From: Squalus acanthias
Lineage: Eukaryota
Length of the DNA: 64,000 nt
Direction: 5' to 3'
Assembly: GCA_030390025.1 (NCBI GenBank)
Contig: CM059430.1
Location: 67,704,001-67,768,000, forward strand
Below, one piece after another: positions 48,146-61,436 of this stretch. Each line of letters begins with the position of its first letter. The stretch's first letter is position 1. The position numbers and the translations under genes are program-made. The notes beneath the pieces are model-generated. The model saw only the letters and a program-made list of their open reading frames with translations, was not told the origin of the DNA and did no database searches.

Positions 48146-50015
48146 CAACAACAACAATTTTTACTTATATAGCGCCTTTAACGTAGTAAAACGTCCCAAG
48201 GCGCTTCACAGGAGTATTATAATACAAAAAATTTGACACGGAGCCACATAAATTGAAATTAGGGCAGGTGACCAAAAGCTTGGTCAAAGAGGTCGGTCTT
48301 AAGGATCATCTTAAAGGAGGAAAGAGAGGTAGAGAGGCGGAGGGGTTTCGGCAGGGAATTCCAGAGCTTAGGGCCTAGGCAACAGAAGGAACAACCACCA
48401 ATGGTTGAGCGATTATAAACAGGGATGCTCAAAAAGGCAGAATTAAGAGGAGCTCAGATGTCTAGGGGGGTTGTGGGGCTGGAGGAGATTTCAGAGATTG
48501 GGAGGGGCGAGGCCTTGGAGGGATTTGAAAACAAGGATGAGAATTTTAAAATCGAGGCGTTGCTTAACTGGGAACCAATGGAGGGCAATGAGCACAATGG
48601 TGATGGTTGAACAGGACTCTTTGCGAGTTAGGACATGGGCAGCCGAGTTTTGGATGACCTCAAGTTTAGGTAGGGTAGAATGTGGGAGGCCAGCCAAGAC
48701 GGCGTTGGAATATTCAAGCCAGAGATAACAAAGGCATGGATGAGGGTTTCAGCAGCAGATGAGTTGAGGCAGGGGTGGTTACGTGCAATGTTACGGAGTT
48801 GGAAATAGGTGATCTTAGTTATGCCATGGATATGTGGTTGGAAGCTCATTTCATGGTCAAATATAACACCAAGGTTATGAACAGTGTGGTTCAGCCTCAG
48901 ACAGATGTTAGGGAGAGGGATGGAGTCAGTGGCTAAGGAACGGGGATTTTGACGGGGACCAAAAACAATAGCTTCAGTCTTCCAAATATTTAATTGGAGA
49001 CAATTTCTGCTCATCCAGAACTGGATTCCGGACAAGTAGTCTGAACATTTAGAGAACGTGGAGGTGTCGAGAGAAGTGGGAGTGAGGTAGAGCTGGGTGT
49101 CATCAGCGTATAGGTGGAAACTGATGCTGTGTTTTCCAATGATGTCGTCAAGGGGCCGCATGTAGATGAAAAATCAGAGGGGACTAACGATAGATCCTTG
49201 GGAGACATCAGGGGTAACGATGCGGGAGCAGGAAGAGAAGCCATTGCAGGTGATTCTTTGGCTACGATTATATAGATAAGAATGGAACCAGGGGAGTGCA
49301 GTCCCACCCAGCTAGACGATTGCGGAGAAGGATGGAGTTGTAAACCGTGTCAAAGTCTGCAGACAAGCCAAGAAGGACGAGAAGGGATAGTCTACCTTTG
49401 TCACAGTCACAGTCACAAACGATGTAATTTGTGACTTTGATGAGAGCTGTTTCGGTACTGTGGCAGGAGCGGAAACCTGATTGGAGGCATTCAAACATGA
49501 AGTTATGGGAAAGAGGGGCACGGATTTCGGAGACAACATGTTGAAGGGCTTTGGAGAGGAAAGGGAGGTTGGCGATGGGACGGTAGTTTGCAAGGACTGA
49601 GGTTTCAAGGGTTGGTTTTTCGAGGAGAGGGATGATTTGAAGGGGATGGGGAGAGTACCTGAGTAGAGTGAACCGTTAACAATGTCAGCTTACATGGGAG
49701 TCGGAAAAGGAATTTGGGAGGTCATCAGTTTGCTGGAAATAGGGTCGAGGGAGCAGAAGTGAGATTCATGAAGAAGATGAGCGCGGAGAGGTCATGAGGG
49801 GAGATCGGAGAGAAAGTAGAGAAAGATGTGAGTTCAGGACTAGGACAGGGGGAACCTCAGAGGAAGCTTGACCTGGTAGTCTAGGGGAAGGAAGGATAGT
49901 GGCAGAAGCAGCTCAACAGATGGTCTCAATCTTAGAAACAATGCAGTCCATGAGCTCCTCACACGTGTTGTCGGAGGTGAGGGTGGAGGAGACAGGGGAG
50001 AGGGGTTTAAGAAGA
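48146..50015 (-). mobile_element. L2 LINE, 5'-truncated (RT and 3' end)
   Basis: QSGFR..HSTETAL, LS.DFDTV, HLYADDTQLY, LHWFPVKQR.DFKIL; (TTG)n tail. Confidence 0.9.
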
Positions 50016-51762
50016 TTAGCAGTTGTCACCGGTGAAGGCAGTACTTCAGCAGTTAGCAGAGGAGAATATAACCCAGGGTTTATCTTTGCATTCCAGATAC
50101 AAGATAGTAAGTAGTTCATCGTAAACAAGGTTAAATCATTCTGTGGAATATTTCAGCAGTTTCAGTTGCTGGACTTTATTTATCCTACAAATAAAATAAC
50201 GAGGACGGGAATTCAAGTTACATTAAAACAAATTAAAAGGGACAATTTTCCTCTTCTTGTATTGGGCAAGAGCATTGGGACTTCCCATCTAGTGCTTCCC
50301 GACCATTTGACCAAAGCTTACCCTACTCCACCCCAAAATATACTGCGAAATACTACCACACCAATCATGTACTTCACACCTTGGTCCATTTCCCAGTGTG
50401 TCCTGATCCTGTGACTGGCCCGAATGCTGACATGATTCAATGGGAGAACAAAGTAATAAATCTAACAGCGTTGCGCATGTCATGTTACCGTCAACTATTA
50501 TAAAATTATACCTCCACGTGATTATTGGAAATTGACAAAATAAACTTGTCACATGTCGGCACACCTTGTCACCAGTGAAGGCCATGATTAGCAGGACGGT
50601 GTAATTAGAGCTTGACAAGTTTACCTCGGCAGTGCAGTTTGCAGTATAAATGTGGGTACAGGAATTTCTGTTGGGAAAACAGAAAACTTACGACGGAATG
50701 TATGACTTTAAAAGGTGACTGATTCCCACTTCTTTGTCCAAGATTTAGGTCGCACGTGGTAGTGTTTCTTTCTTTGTTTCAACGTCCATTTTATTCCGAA
50801 TTTGCCGAGACTCTTGGGACGTTTTCTTCTATATTAAAGGCGCTATAAACTACAGATTGTTCTTGTTGTTCGATCCTATGGGGGGTTTTGGTTTTGATTG
50901 GCGGCATTCACTACTCTCCATACTTGGCCAAATCCCTCAGATAAACTGATGAGTGAGTGATTACTTATATCAATCGGGAGGGTATAGGTAATAATTTGTG
51001 ACGTAACGCACAAAGCCTTACCTACATTTTAAAGTATGGCGTCCGTAGACACGTGCAATATTAGGGCACTTTAGAATACCCTTCAAATCACAGTGAAACC
51101 TTCCATGCACTCGAATGAGAAGATTACCGCTCACTTTTCTTCACATATTTTTGCCGATTAAGCTCTTGATCTGGAAGCTCATTAGATGCACTTTTTTATC
51201 TAGCTAAGATATCCGCTATCAAACCAATTTGCACAGTTTAATCATGGTTTCCACTATTTGGCTCCAATTGGGAGAAATTTATTGCATTAGCGCCTCGCGT
51301 TAGCGCCTCCGGGGGGCACGAATGGGGCGCAACCGGTGGCGGCGATAGTACGGACGCCCGCCAAATTCAGGTGGAGGTTTGCGGCGGCAGTAGCCAATAG
51401 CGCCACAATCTCCTGCGCTCTGAGATCATGATGTCAACTGGGTGTGCAGCACCCCGGTAGCACCCCGGTAGTGCCCCAGCTCTGAAATTCACTCTCGCCC
51501 CCTGCCTGAGCACCTGACGGTAGCAAGGACAGGTAGTGGAGTCGGTATGCAGTCGGATGAGCGCTGGAGGAGCCTATATAAAGGCGTCAACCTCAGTTTT
51601 TTTTTTAGTCGGCAAAGAATGCTGCCTTGTAAGTATGACATAGGCAAACAGGCGTTTTGAGCGAATTCAGCGTTTTCCACTTGAAGGAGTCTTCTGCCTC
51701 GGGAGAATACTTTATCAATTCCATTTCGGTGAGATTTAAAAGTGCAACATTTCCCTAATTTA

Positions 51763-52900
51763 ATGGAGGCTGTTCTGCCACTGGACCTCGATCTCCAGCG
51801 TCAATGTAGGAGGCAGCGGAGGCAGAGAGAAAGATTGCAAAATGTGGCCAGAGGGAGGAGGGCCAACAGGGCTCTAAACAGGAGGACTTACCCTCCCAGG
51901 GTGCTCTGGCAGCATTTCTCCTACATCAATATAACTGAGGAGCAGTGCCTTAGAATGCTCCGCTTCACCAAGGGCCTGGTCACGGATCTCTGTCACCTCC
52001 TGCCGCCTGACCTTGAGCCTCAATTCAGGACCACCACGGCTTTCTCAGTGGCAGTCAAGGTGACCATCGCCCTCAATTTCTACACCAGCAGATCATTCCA
52101 GTGTGCAACAGGAGACATATCTAACATAGCACAGTTTGCCATCCATTGCTGCATCTGCGAGTTCACAGACGCTCTCTACAGAAGGAGAAGGGATTACATT
52201 TCCTTTCCCAGGACCAGAGAGAAGCAGCATGAGCATTCATGTGGCTTTTCCAGGATAGCGGGCTTCCCCATGGTGTAGGGCACAATTGACTGAACCCACG
52301 TTGCTTTGTGGGCACCTCATAACAATCCTGAGTTATTCTGTAACCGTAAAGGCTACCACTCACACAATGTGCAGTTCGTGTGTGACCACACACAGCGCAT
52401 ACTCACCATCAATGCCCTCTATCCTGGCAACAGCCACGATGCCTTCATCCCATGCCTGCTCTGTTCCAGACACCACATCAAGTTTACGGATGGCTGCTGG
52501 GAAACAAGGGCTATCCGCTCTCCACCTGGCGCATGACTCCCCACCGCAACCCCAAAACTCGTGCTCATTACTCACACAGTGAGCCAGGCTGCCACCAGGA
52601 ACATAATTGAGCAGACCATGGGAGTGCTCAAGCAATGGTTCTGCTGCCTTCCCCGCTCAGGAGGAGCCCTCCAATACTCGGCTGAATTGTTGTCACTTTT
52701 CGTCGTCGTCTGCTGCATGCTGCACAACTTGGCCATCCTAAGGGCGCAGCCATTACCACCAGGCATAGCCGCAGCACCTCAGGAAGAGGAAGAGGGAGAC
52801 GAGGAGGAGCAGGACGAGAAGGACGAGGAGGTACAGGAGCACGAACAGCAGCGATGTAGGAGCCAGCCAATTCATCAGCCTTGTGGAAGGGCGATCCGTG
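51763..52900 (+). pseudogene. Harbinger transposase pseudogene
   Basis: Homologous to 419-1579; TAG at 52276 and frameshifts; NRKGYHS.NVQ and CCMLHN retained. Confidence 0.9.
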
Positions 52901-53081
52901 ACTTCGGTTCCAATGAATTCAATGCCACTTCCCAGCTGCTCATCCAATCCCTATCATTCCATCAATTTCTCATTCCATACCACACCCCAAAGCTGAAATG
53001 TGACACAGCAGCATCTCTGTGAGATGTCAATAATAAATGTATCCAAAGTCAATAACCACATATATAAAACAACAATATTAA

Positions 53082-54943
53082 TTAAAGACCCTTGTGCAAA
53101 CCCTTATTTGCCCTCTTCACAATGCCTTTCCCTAATCTGCTGCTCCTACGTAGTGTCTCCCCAATAGTTGCTGCAGGGCTGGTGGAAGGCTGCTGAGTGT
53201 CGGTGCCAGAGACTACAGGTGGCCTTGCAGGAGGTCCTCGGCCAGCTCTGGGCCTGGAAGGGCCAGCTGTACACTGCACCACTTCAGGATGGGCGACGTC
53301 AGGCTAGCCTGGCTTGATGACAGGCAGCAGCAAGGGCAATGGCGGAATCGCAGAGATGGGAGCAGGAAGGCTGCCATCCTGAGAGAGGGCAGCAGGTCCC
53401 TGCTCCACTGACACACACCCAGTGTAGCACCTGAGCATCCCTATCAATCTGCTGCAACGCAAATTACTGGGCAGCTGCGAAACCGTGAAATCCCCTGTGG
53501 ACTGAGATGGACCCAGCGATGTTAGCAGCAGTCAGACTGCATGAGAGCAGTTTGAGAATCGATGGCATCAACCATTGACTGCATTACAGCAATACAACGT
53601 GGCGTGGCTTCCACCTGTGCTGCAATGGATGCTGCCACATCGCCCATGACATGCAGTATGATGTCTGGGTCTCCATGATCTCTCAGGGGGTCCACCATCA
53701 TTTGCAGACTGCCAAGGATGTGCTCCATGGTGTGCGCAAAGCTCTGTGTAATGATAGAGGCGGACTGCTCGACGCTCCTTACCATTGCCGACAGCCTCTC
53801 ATCACCTATCATCTCGGTGTGCATGCCCATCAGCCTTCTTGTGATCGCCTCCCCATCGATGTCCTCATCTGAGTCCTGCACAGCAGCACTCACACAAGAC
53901 CTCGCCCTCCGGGGAGATGGCTCCCAGGCTAACCTTTTCCCCTGGCCTTGCTGCAGCCCGCTCTTCCCCGGTGCATCACCCAGTGCAGACCCCTCTACTA
54001 AACATGCCTCTAAAGATCGCGTAGTGCCAGTATCTGAGTTGGTGCCTGCAGCTGAGAGATGCAGTGATGCGCTGCTTTATTTCTCCTGCTCATCTCCTTC
54101 CTCACTCTCAGTGGAAGGCTCAGGGACAGGCTGGTCATCTGGCTGCTGATTATCTGAAAGCATAAAGGCACAAGACTCGCTTTAAGGTGAGGGCAGTGGG
54201 GCAGGAAGGGAACAAGGAATGCAGACAGTATCAGGAGCTGGAAATTCGGAAAGGCTTGATGTGCAAGGGAGAAGTGGGATGAGACAAGGAGAGGGGATGA
54301 ACATACGGTGCTTGCCCCCAAGGGGTTTGATTTTGCCGAGGGCCATGGAGCCCACGACCTGCTGCCCATTGAGTCGCAGCACTCGCACCTCCAGGTCTGA
54401 AAGCTGCTGCAGCTGCACAGCACCCATGACTGTTCACTTGTACTCCCTCCTATTTTGGGCCATCTTAGCTTGCAAATAAACGAATGTGTGTGAGTCAGAG
54501 TCCAGCTACGTGTTTGGTAGATATGACTGTCGTAGTTGAATAGCTGTGATTGTAGTCAAGGCATGAGATGTGGATGTGAGTTTAAGTAGGTACAGATGCT
54601 TGGTGGGTGAGTGGTGAGGGTGTGGTGGTTTGTGCTGTGCGGTGTGTACAGACTGAGGTAGAGATGCTGGCATGTAGGACCTTTTGAAACATCTACTCAC
54701 CTTGAGCACCCGAGTTGGGTCGTTGAATTTCTTCAGGCACTGTTTCAGGCTGTGGGTGACCACACTACTGGCCGAGAGTTCCTGGGCGACTTCACTTCTC
54801 AATGCCCTGAAGATCTGGGACAATTGCTTCCTTCCAGTGTTCGGGAACAGCACTGCCCTCCATTGCTCCACTCCCACGATCAATGCTTCCAATGCTTCTT
54901 CCGTGATGTGATGTGCTCTCTCCCTGGGAGTGGGATCAGCCAT
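53082..54943 (-). pseudogene. Harbinger Myb/SANT gene pseudogene
   Basis: Exon 1 54943-54701 (RERAHH...QCLKKFND); exon 2 acceptor mutated (CAA); exon 3 frameshifted; AGPSRPR..QQPSTS tail homologous. Confidence 0.82.
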
Positions 54944-56076
54944 CAGGATCAGGGGATTGATTTGCTTGAAGTTCGCCCTCACAACCAGCACTGCTGATAA
55001 TGAGGATCTGCACAATGATGCAATCGCCCTTTTCAGAGCTGGAAGGAGCCAGTGTGAACTATCATTCCCGATTGTACTGCACCTGAAATTCATTATCGAA
55101 CTGCTGGTAGCGCCCCTGTAGCGTCCTACTGAGGTCATTAGCGCTTGAGTTCGCGCTCCAGCTCTTTCATGGAGAGCTAAAAGCCAATTTAGGGAAATCT
55201 CAAAATCATTAGCACCTGGAGCTAATTTTTCACGATTTCAAAATTAGCGCCCCAAACGGGGCAATAACGATTTTCTTCCCCCAATTATTTTAGTCTGAAC
55301 CCGCTTAAAGCAGGAAATTGTATTTGCATAGATACCCTGGCCCGAAGCACATATCGGCACCTCTCTAATGGGATATCACTCCCTATTCCCTAAATGTTCA
55401 ACATGGTTATTATAATGTAAAAATAAACCAAACGTTATGACACCGTTCAGATTCAGGTCACTGTGTTCGGAATAACATCAGGTCTCCCGAGATATAACAC
55501 GTCACAATGAATACGATCTCCCCAGTATCCCGTGGAATGTGCAGCGAATTATAGTAGGACATTCTCCATACAGACAACTGCTGGCTTAATCAGCTATTTT
55601 CTTACCTTAAGTCTTTCTCATAAAATATTGCTGCTGTTATTCAAGAACTAATTATAAAAAATCGATAAATGTTCCCAGTTTGTTCAGATTTTACATTTCT
55701 AATATATTGTGTGACGTTAACAGTAGCGTACAACCGAAGGGAAGTGCAAGAATATTTGCCTCAGGAAATTCACTACAAGGAATGTGCACATCTCACATCT
55801 TAAACTAAGATAAACCAATTCAGCGATTGATGGTAAATTCTCCATTTGAAATGCGGACAATATTTTATTCTAATACTTTGTTGATCGTGATGGCTGCCAA
55901 AGAGCAGAACCGTCATCAAATGTCACTTCACAAACGAAAGCTACTTTGTGAACCAACAGTCACAGGACGTCAAACGTCACTGTGGCGCATTTCAGGTTAA
56001 ACAATTAGCAAGCCCTGCTTTCAGTGGTAAACACACGGTCTGTGCAGTCAGTGATCAGTTGAATCTTTTGCTCGGA

Positions 56077-56137
56077 ATGTTGTCGACTGTAATGTTTCCT
56101 TCCCTTTTCCTGTCTCTCCTGGGGATCATTTACACAG
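56077..56137 (+). CDS. IgSF VJ-C1 receptor copy B (SIRP-like), exon 1, signal peptide
   Basis: MLSTVMFPSLFLSLLGIIYT-G|gtaact; hydrophobic leader, phase 1. Confidence 0.85.
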
Positions 56138-56326
56138 GTAACTGTTTATTCTCTATCCCAACCGTCGCGATAAAAAATCTGAAGCAGATACCACACAAAA
56201 TGAATGGGTAAAGTTAGTCCGTCTGTATTCTTCTTTCTCATTTTCATTTCCTTGTAGAAATGCATTTTAAAGTGTTTTATTCCGCATAGAATACAATTAA
56301 CCAAACTTTGAATATATTTTCAACAG

Positions 56327-56647
56327 CTGCTGCGCGTACTTCGATCAGCGTGTCTCAAACTCCCGAACAAGTAATTAAATTAAGGGGGACAGACATAACC
56401 TTCCATTGCGTAATCCCCCTTTCTCATGACAATTCAGGGGTAGAAGTGCGCTGGTGGAAACATGATGAGAATGAATATCTGCAAACAGGAGCCGATAACA
56501 GAAAACGATTTGTTCTGAAAAAAAAAGGAGGCGGTTTCTTTGAGTTACTGAACGTGACTTTCCAGGACTCTGGAATCTATCACTGCGCAGTGATCCGTCA
56601 GGGAAGAATTATTGGAAATGGAACAGGATCACATCTAACTGTGTGCG
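56327..56647 (+). CDS. Copy B exon 2, Ig V domain with J-like motif
   Basis: VSQTP..ITFHC..WWKH..DSGIYHC..GNGTGSHLTV; AG/GT boundaries, phase 1/1. Confidence 0.92.
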
Positions 56648-56873
56648 GTAAGTGACCGGAATGAGCGGGAACGTCCAATTGTATCAAATGTAGCGAGATT
56701 GATGTTTTGTCATTGTTTAATTGCACCGTCTTTGATATTATAAAACAATTATATTAAGACATTTACACTGAAACTCTGCTCACAACTGCTAATTATACGG
56801 CACAATATGACGTATCATTTGCTTAGTTGTGTAAAATGCCATCAAAATAAACAGAATAATTAACATGTTACTC

Positions 56874-57001
56874 AGTCAAAATACTGCGGATGTTGGAAAT
56901 CTGAAACATAAACAGAAAATGTTGGAAATACTCAGCAGTTCAGGCAGCAGCTGTGGAGAAAGGAGCAGAGTCAACGCTTCAGGTCGATGACCTGTCGCAA
57001 G
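56874..57001. mobile_element. Penelope-derived short repeat in copy B intron 2
   Basis: Same family as 42790-42978; 13-bp TSD TAACATGTTACTC; absent from the copy A intron. Confidence 0.75.
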
Positions 57002-57597
57002 TAACATGTTACTCGATTCATCTCAATATTTATTTTTACATCGGACTTCTGATGATGGAAGTTGGGGACCAAATTCCAAATATATTGATAACTGACTGAA
57101 AATCTTTTCTGTTAATGCCCCACTCCCGTCATATACACGTTACTTGCTCCATTTTAGATATTCTGTTTGTCCCTGTCGCTGTAAATCAGGTTTAACAGTC
57201 TCTCTTATGAAATTAATGCTCACATACTGACAGGCTGATTCGGGTGGCGGACTTCAGATCAGTTTAATTTAACTGCTGATCAATGGATTCACTCAACAAA
57301 GCGGACCACGAACAGTAATTTTGCAGCTCTTTCGCCTCCAATAAATAAAACATTCACCAGCGACTGTTGTTGCAGCCTTTTGAGGTTGAATGGAAAATAA
57401 TTTCGCTCAGCCGTTCTCATGCTCCGGCTGTGTGAGCTGTCCGATATCCTCTTCGGCCCTGCTTTATTATCGGTAATGGACAGATTATTAATTTCTCTCT
57501 TGGGGAGACAGACAGACAGACCTAGGGTTACTAACAAACTTATCTTATGTTTACTATCTCCCCAGTAACCTGATTTTCCCCATGGTCTGTTCCGCAG

Positions 57598-57909
57598 CTG
57601 CCCCAACTCCAGTGAAGATTGTCTCCAGGACACCCGAGAGCAATTCAGCTGCGTCTCTGACTCTTGTGTGTGAAACGGCTGAGTTTTACCCGGGCGAATT
57701 AACCCTCGTTTGGTATAAAAATGGCGTCGAAACCGCAACTGGGATAAATTCCACTAAACGGCAGAACACTGAGGGACTGTATGAAGTTTCCAGCTCTTTG
57801 GAAGAGACGCAGCCTGTGCCGAATGGGGCTGTTTACATCTGTTTGGTATCTCATGTCTCCCTCGGTACTCCCGCCATTGCCATCCACACAGTTGCTAATT
57901 CCGACCCAG
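57598..57909 (+). CDS. Copy B exon 3, Ig C1-set domain
   Basis: LTLVC..FYPGELTLVWYKNG..LYEVSSSL..YICLVSHVSL; phase 1/1. Confidence 0.92.
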
Positions 57910-59066
57910 GTACGAGGCCAAAAGGCCTAGAACTGAGGTCAACTACTGTTATATTCTGAAAGGCTATTTCATAGAGTTTTTTTATATTGATAACCATGAA
58001 GATAGAAACAAGCTCCCAGGAAATATCAAAGCAAAGAGAAAATCAATGTTTTAATGTAAAAAATTATTGACCCGAACCTGTTGTAAAACCGAGAGTCATA
58101 TTATCGCCCTCCATCCAGAAACTGCGTTTTAAAACTCCGTAGCTTCCAAATTGTAAAAAAAAATGAGCAGGTGGTGTAGCTCTTCCATCCAATTATTTTA
58201 CATCTCTTGCTTATTATTAAACATTCAAATTTGTACTCTTGTGAGATTGATTTTATTCTTTCCCATTATCTGGTTTCCTTCCATGAGTTTCACAACTAGA
58301 AGCGGCAGTTCTTTTTTCTGGCCTCGCATGTCTCCCAGTGCGGCTCATGATTCCGGCCGCTGTTGGGCAATTCACTCTGAATTGGTCAGGAATTAGCATG
58401 TGGTCTGGCCGTAACACAACCGCTCCGTGATAAAGAGGTTTGGAGCGGGAACCCGTTTCATACATTTCATTCAGACTGTGAACCAGATGTGTTTGCACTG
58501 CAATTGGTTGCAAGATGTCGGTTTATTCACACCTATTTCTCTGTAATTAACAAACAACCGTGTGCGAGTTTCCTTTCTTATTCAGTGAAAGTTTTACTTC
58601 AGTAAAAACACTGCAGAGAATTGAATTTGCATTTAAACCCAATTGATACAATCCGCCTTTTCCTTCGGCAATAGCGAGTCACGTGTCACTGAATTGCCGC
58701 GATTTCACAAACAATAGTTTAAGTGCAAAAGAAAAGTCAAGTACAAGAACAAGCCTTTCTGTCCATCGAAAATTATTCAGCTGGAATTCTAACTCTCCTA
58801 AACTCTAACACTCAGAGCATCCTAAACTAATAGCCTCCCTCGCAGATTATTCCGGCCGTGTATCACCCTTTTGTGAGAAGTTTCTTTTGATATCAAATCT
58901 AAAAAGATAAAGTATGGTTATTTTCAAAATGAACATCTTCTCTTGCTATACTGCGTAGTTGCTGTAAATATGAGCAGCAGTTTAGCCAACAAATTATCCC
59001 GATGTCTCTTTTCAGGTAACGGCAGCCACAAATTAGAAATCAGTATCTATCATTTTACTCTTCCAG

Positions 59067-59177
59067 AATCTGATGGTAAATATCGTTATATCTGGGGTCT
59101 TGGATGTCGGTTGGGTGGATTGGCGTTTCTGGTGCTCATGATCATCATTGGGACGAGATGCAGTTTGAAGAATAAAG
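59067..59177 (+). CDS. Copy B exon 4, transmembrane segment
   Basis: cttccAG acceptor; ESDGKYRYIWGLGCRLGGLAFLVLMIIIGTRCSLKNK; G|gtaggt, phase 1/1. Confidence 0.82.
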
Positions 59178-59844
59178 GTAGGTATTGCGTTAATCGTTTG
59201 ATTTAATACAAATTTTTAGAGGGATAGAGAGAGCGTCATGGGCGGCACAGCAGGAGAGCAGCGCAATTATTACTTAAAGGTTCAGGTTATGATATCTGAT
59301 GCCACATGAACAGAAATCGCGTGTTGCAAATTGCACTGAATTCAGCATCTTATAATGAAAGAATTATCACAGAATGAGACTCTAAAGGATCTGATCATCT
59401 TGATTTTAACAACGAAAATTTCCACTTTGTGGCAGATGATAAGTGCAATTTGATCGATTGTTTCATCACTTTGGGGGCCTGTGACTAGTTTGGGTAAAGT
59501 GGGGTCAGTGTCCAGTTGCGAGTCGATGTACACGACTGTAGATGGCTACATTGATTCGGATTTTCAAAACAGCCCGGAAAATGTAATACCACAAAATAAC
59601 TGCTGATGAGGAAGGTCATTTGGTCCATCCCGACAGATGGACTGTTTCCCCAGTGTTGAATCCAGATGTTTGCTAAGGGATCTCAGGTCGTTTGCCTCAT
59701 TTTCTGTATGTGGAACTTTGTTCCTCATGTTGATCTCTCTGTAAAGAAGAATTTCCTGACATCATGTCTAAAATTCTCATTTGCTAGTTTTTTTTTTACC
59801 AGAGTCCCCGAGTTCAGGCCTCGCAGTTAAATATCTGATACTAA

Positions 59845-60257
59845 ACGGGTACGATAGTGTAGTGCTTATGTTACTGAACTGGTAATCCAAAGGTCTGGTT
59901 TTGTAATCCCGAGAAGGTGGGTAAACCCATCCAAGGCATTTTGAGAATTTAGATGCAGTTTAAAAAATTTGTAAATAAAAAGCTGGTATCAGTAAAATAC
60001 AAGTGACTATGAGGCTGTCGGGTTGTCATAAAATGCTAAGTAATTCATTAATGTCCTTTAGAAACGGAAACTTGCCATTTTTAACCGATCAGGCCTATAT
60101 GTCACATCAGTTCCATACCAATATGGTTAACACTTAACTGCCCTCTGAAGTGATCTTGCAAACCGTTCGGTTGTCTGTAATTAAGGGCAACTAAAGATGG
60201 GCAATAAATGCTGCCCTTGTCAGCGACACCAACGTCCTGAGAATCAATGAAATAAAA
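59845..60257 (+). mobile_element. SINE (tRNA-like head, LINE-related 3' tail)
   Basis: A-box-like TAGTGTAGTG head; tail GGGCAATAAATGCTG..CAGCGAC matches the 3' end of the LINE at 7685-7760. Confidence 0.7.
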
Positions 60258-60760
60258 CTGTGGATTAACATTTTCTATACGCTTAGCTATCTTATATGTT
60301 TCCATAAGATCATAGCTGAGACGCCTCCTTTCCAGTCTAAAAGATCACGTTTATTCAGAGTTTCCTCATAGCTCAGTCCACTGACCCTGGGAAACCAGCC
60401 TGGTGGCTCTTCTCTGCACTGGCACTAGCGCTTGACCATTAGTGATCTAAATTGGTCACACTATTCATTGGTCCGTGTGACAAGAGCACTTTACAGTTTG
60501 ATCGTTCCCTCCTCTGATTTTCATTCTATTGCTTTGCCTATGTTGTTCATCAGCCTATTGGCTTTGTCCATTGCTGCTATGCATTGGATGGACAAGTTTA
60601 GCGTCCAGTCTACTAAACCCCTAGGTCTCTTTCAGTTCCATCTTTAGCTATTTTAATACAATCCATGAACTACATGTGTAGTTTATTTTTTTCTTCCTAG
60701 CGGTAGCGCTCTACTCTTCACTGCGTTGAATTTCATCTGCCATTGCTCTGTCAACCTATA
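60258..60760 (-). mobile_element. Old CR1 fragment
   Basis: METYKI..R.E.V; antisense LSYEE.L and W.M.FN motifs. Confidence 0.6.
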
Positions 60761-60875
60761 TATCTAAAGTCATGTTAAGCTTTTCATTGACTGCAAAATA
60801 CTTTTGAAAGTGCAAACATTGAAACTGAATAAACATTTTAATCATTGAATGTAATTAAATTCCATTCATTTGCAG

Positions 60876-60919
60876 GTAAACAGGAAAGTATAACAATACT
60901 AGACCCTCATGAAGAGCTG
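60876..60919 (+). CDS. Copy B exon 5, short cytoplasmic exon
   Basis: tttgcAG..CTG|gtaggt; GKQESITILDPHEEL; phase 1/0 links exons 4 and 6 in frame. Confidence 0.7.
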
Positions 60920-61436
60920 GTAGGTTCATATTATTAATCCAGGAAAAGTGTTCCAGTATAAATAAATATTCTTATGATGGGGATATTTCCTCAAAATCTA
61001 TTTCACAAAAGTATTTGTCCCTCTTTGATGGGTCATTCAAATCGTGTTTTCACACTTGTTGCGATGCAGATGTAAGTGATTAACGAAAGAGAAAAATGAA
61101 ATCCGTAGCTTCATTCAACATATAACTAGGTATTGGTTATGTGTACATCCACCTAAACGTTGCTTCTGGAATCTGATATGATGCTGAAACTACCTCTTGT
61201 TTAAACATATCTGTAATACTGTATTGTACTGAAAATCGACAGGTTGAAATGTAAGTTACAATGGGCACACTATTTACCGGCCTTAATATTCGCAAATCTT
61301 TAAATATATTAGCTGTGGTTTCTGCATTTTATTTGTAGCCCAGGTCATTCTGTTTATTGTTTGGTCAGCAGTCTGTAAATTTTTGAAGGCAATGAACAAG
61401 CCACATAACAAAACATTTTCTTTCTGGCTCATGCAG

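Larger units (their letters stand above)
51268..55281 (+). mobile_element. Decayed PIF/Harbinger transposon with both ends present
   Basis: TIRs TTGGGAGAAATT and ATTTTCTTCCCC, CAA on both flanks, same convergent two-gene layout as 1-4162. Confidence 0.88.

Noticed and set aside
59845-59935. tRNA gene
   Set aside because: Degenerate SINE head; no cloverleaf or intact B box.
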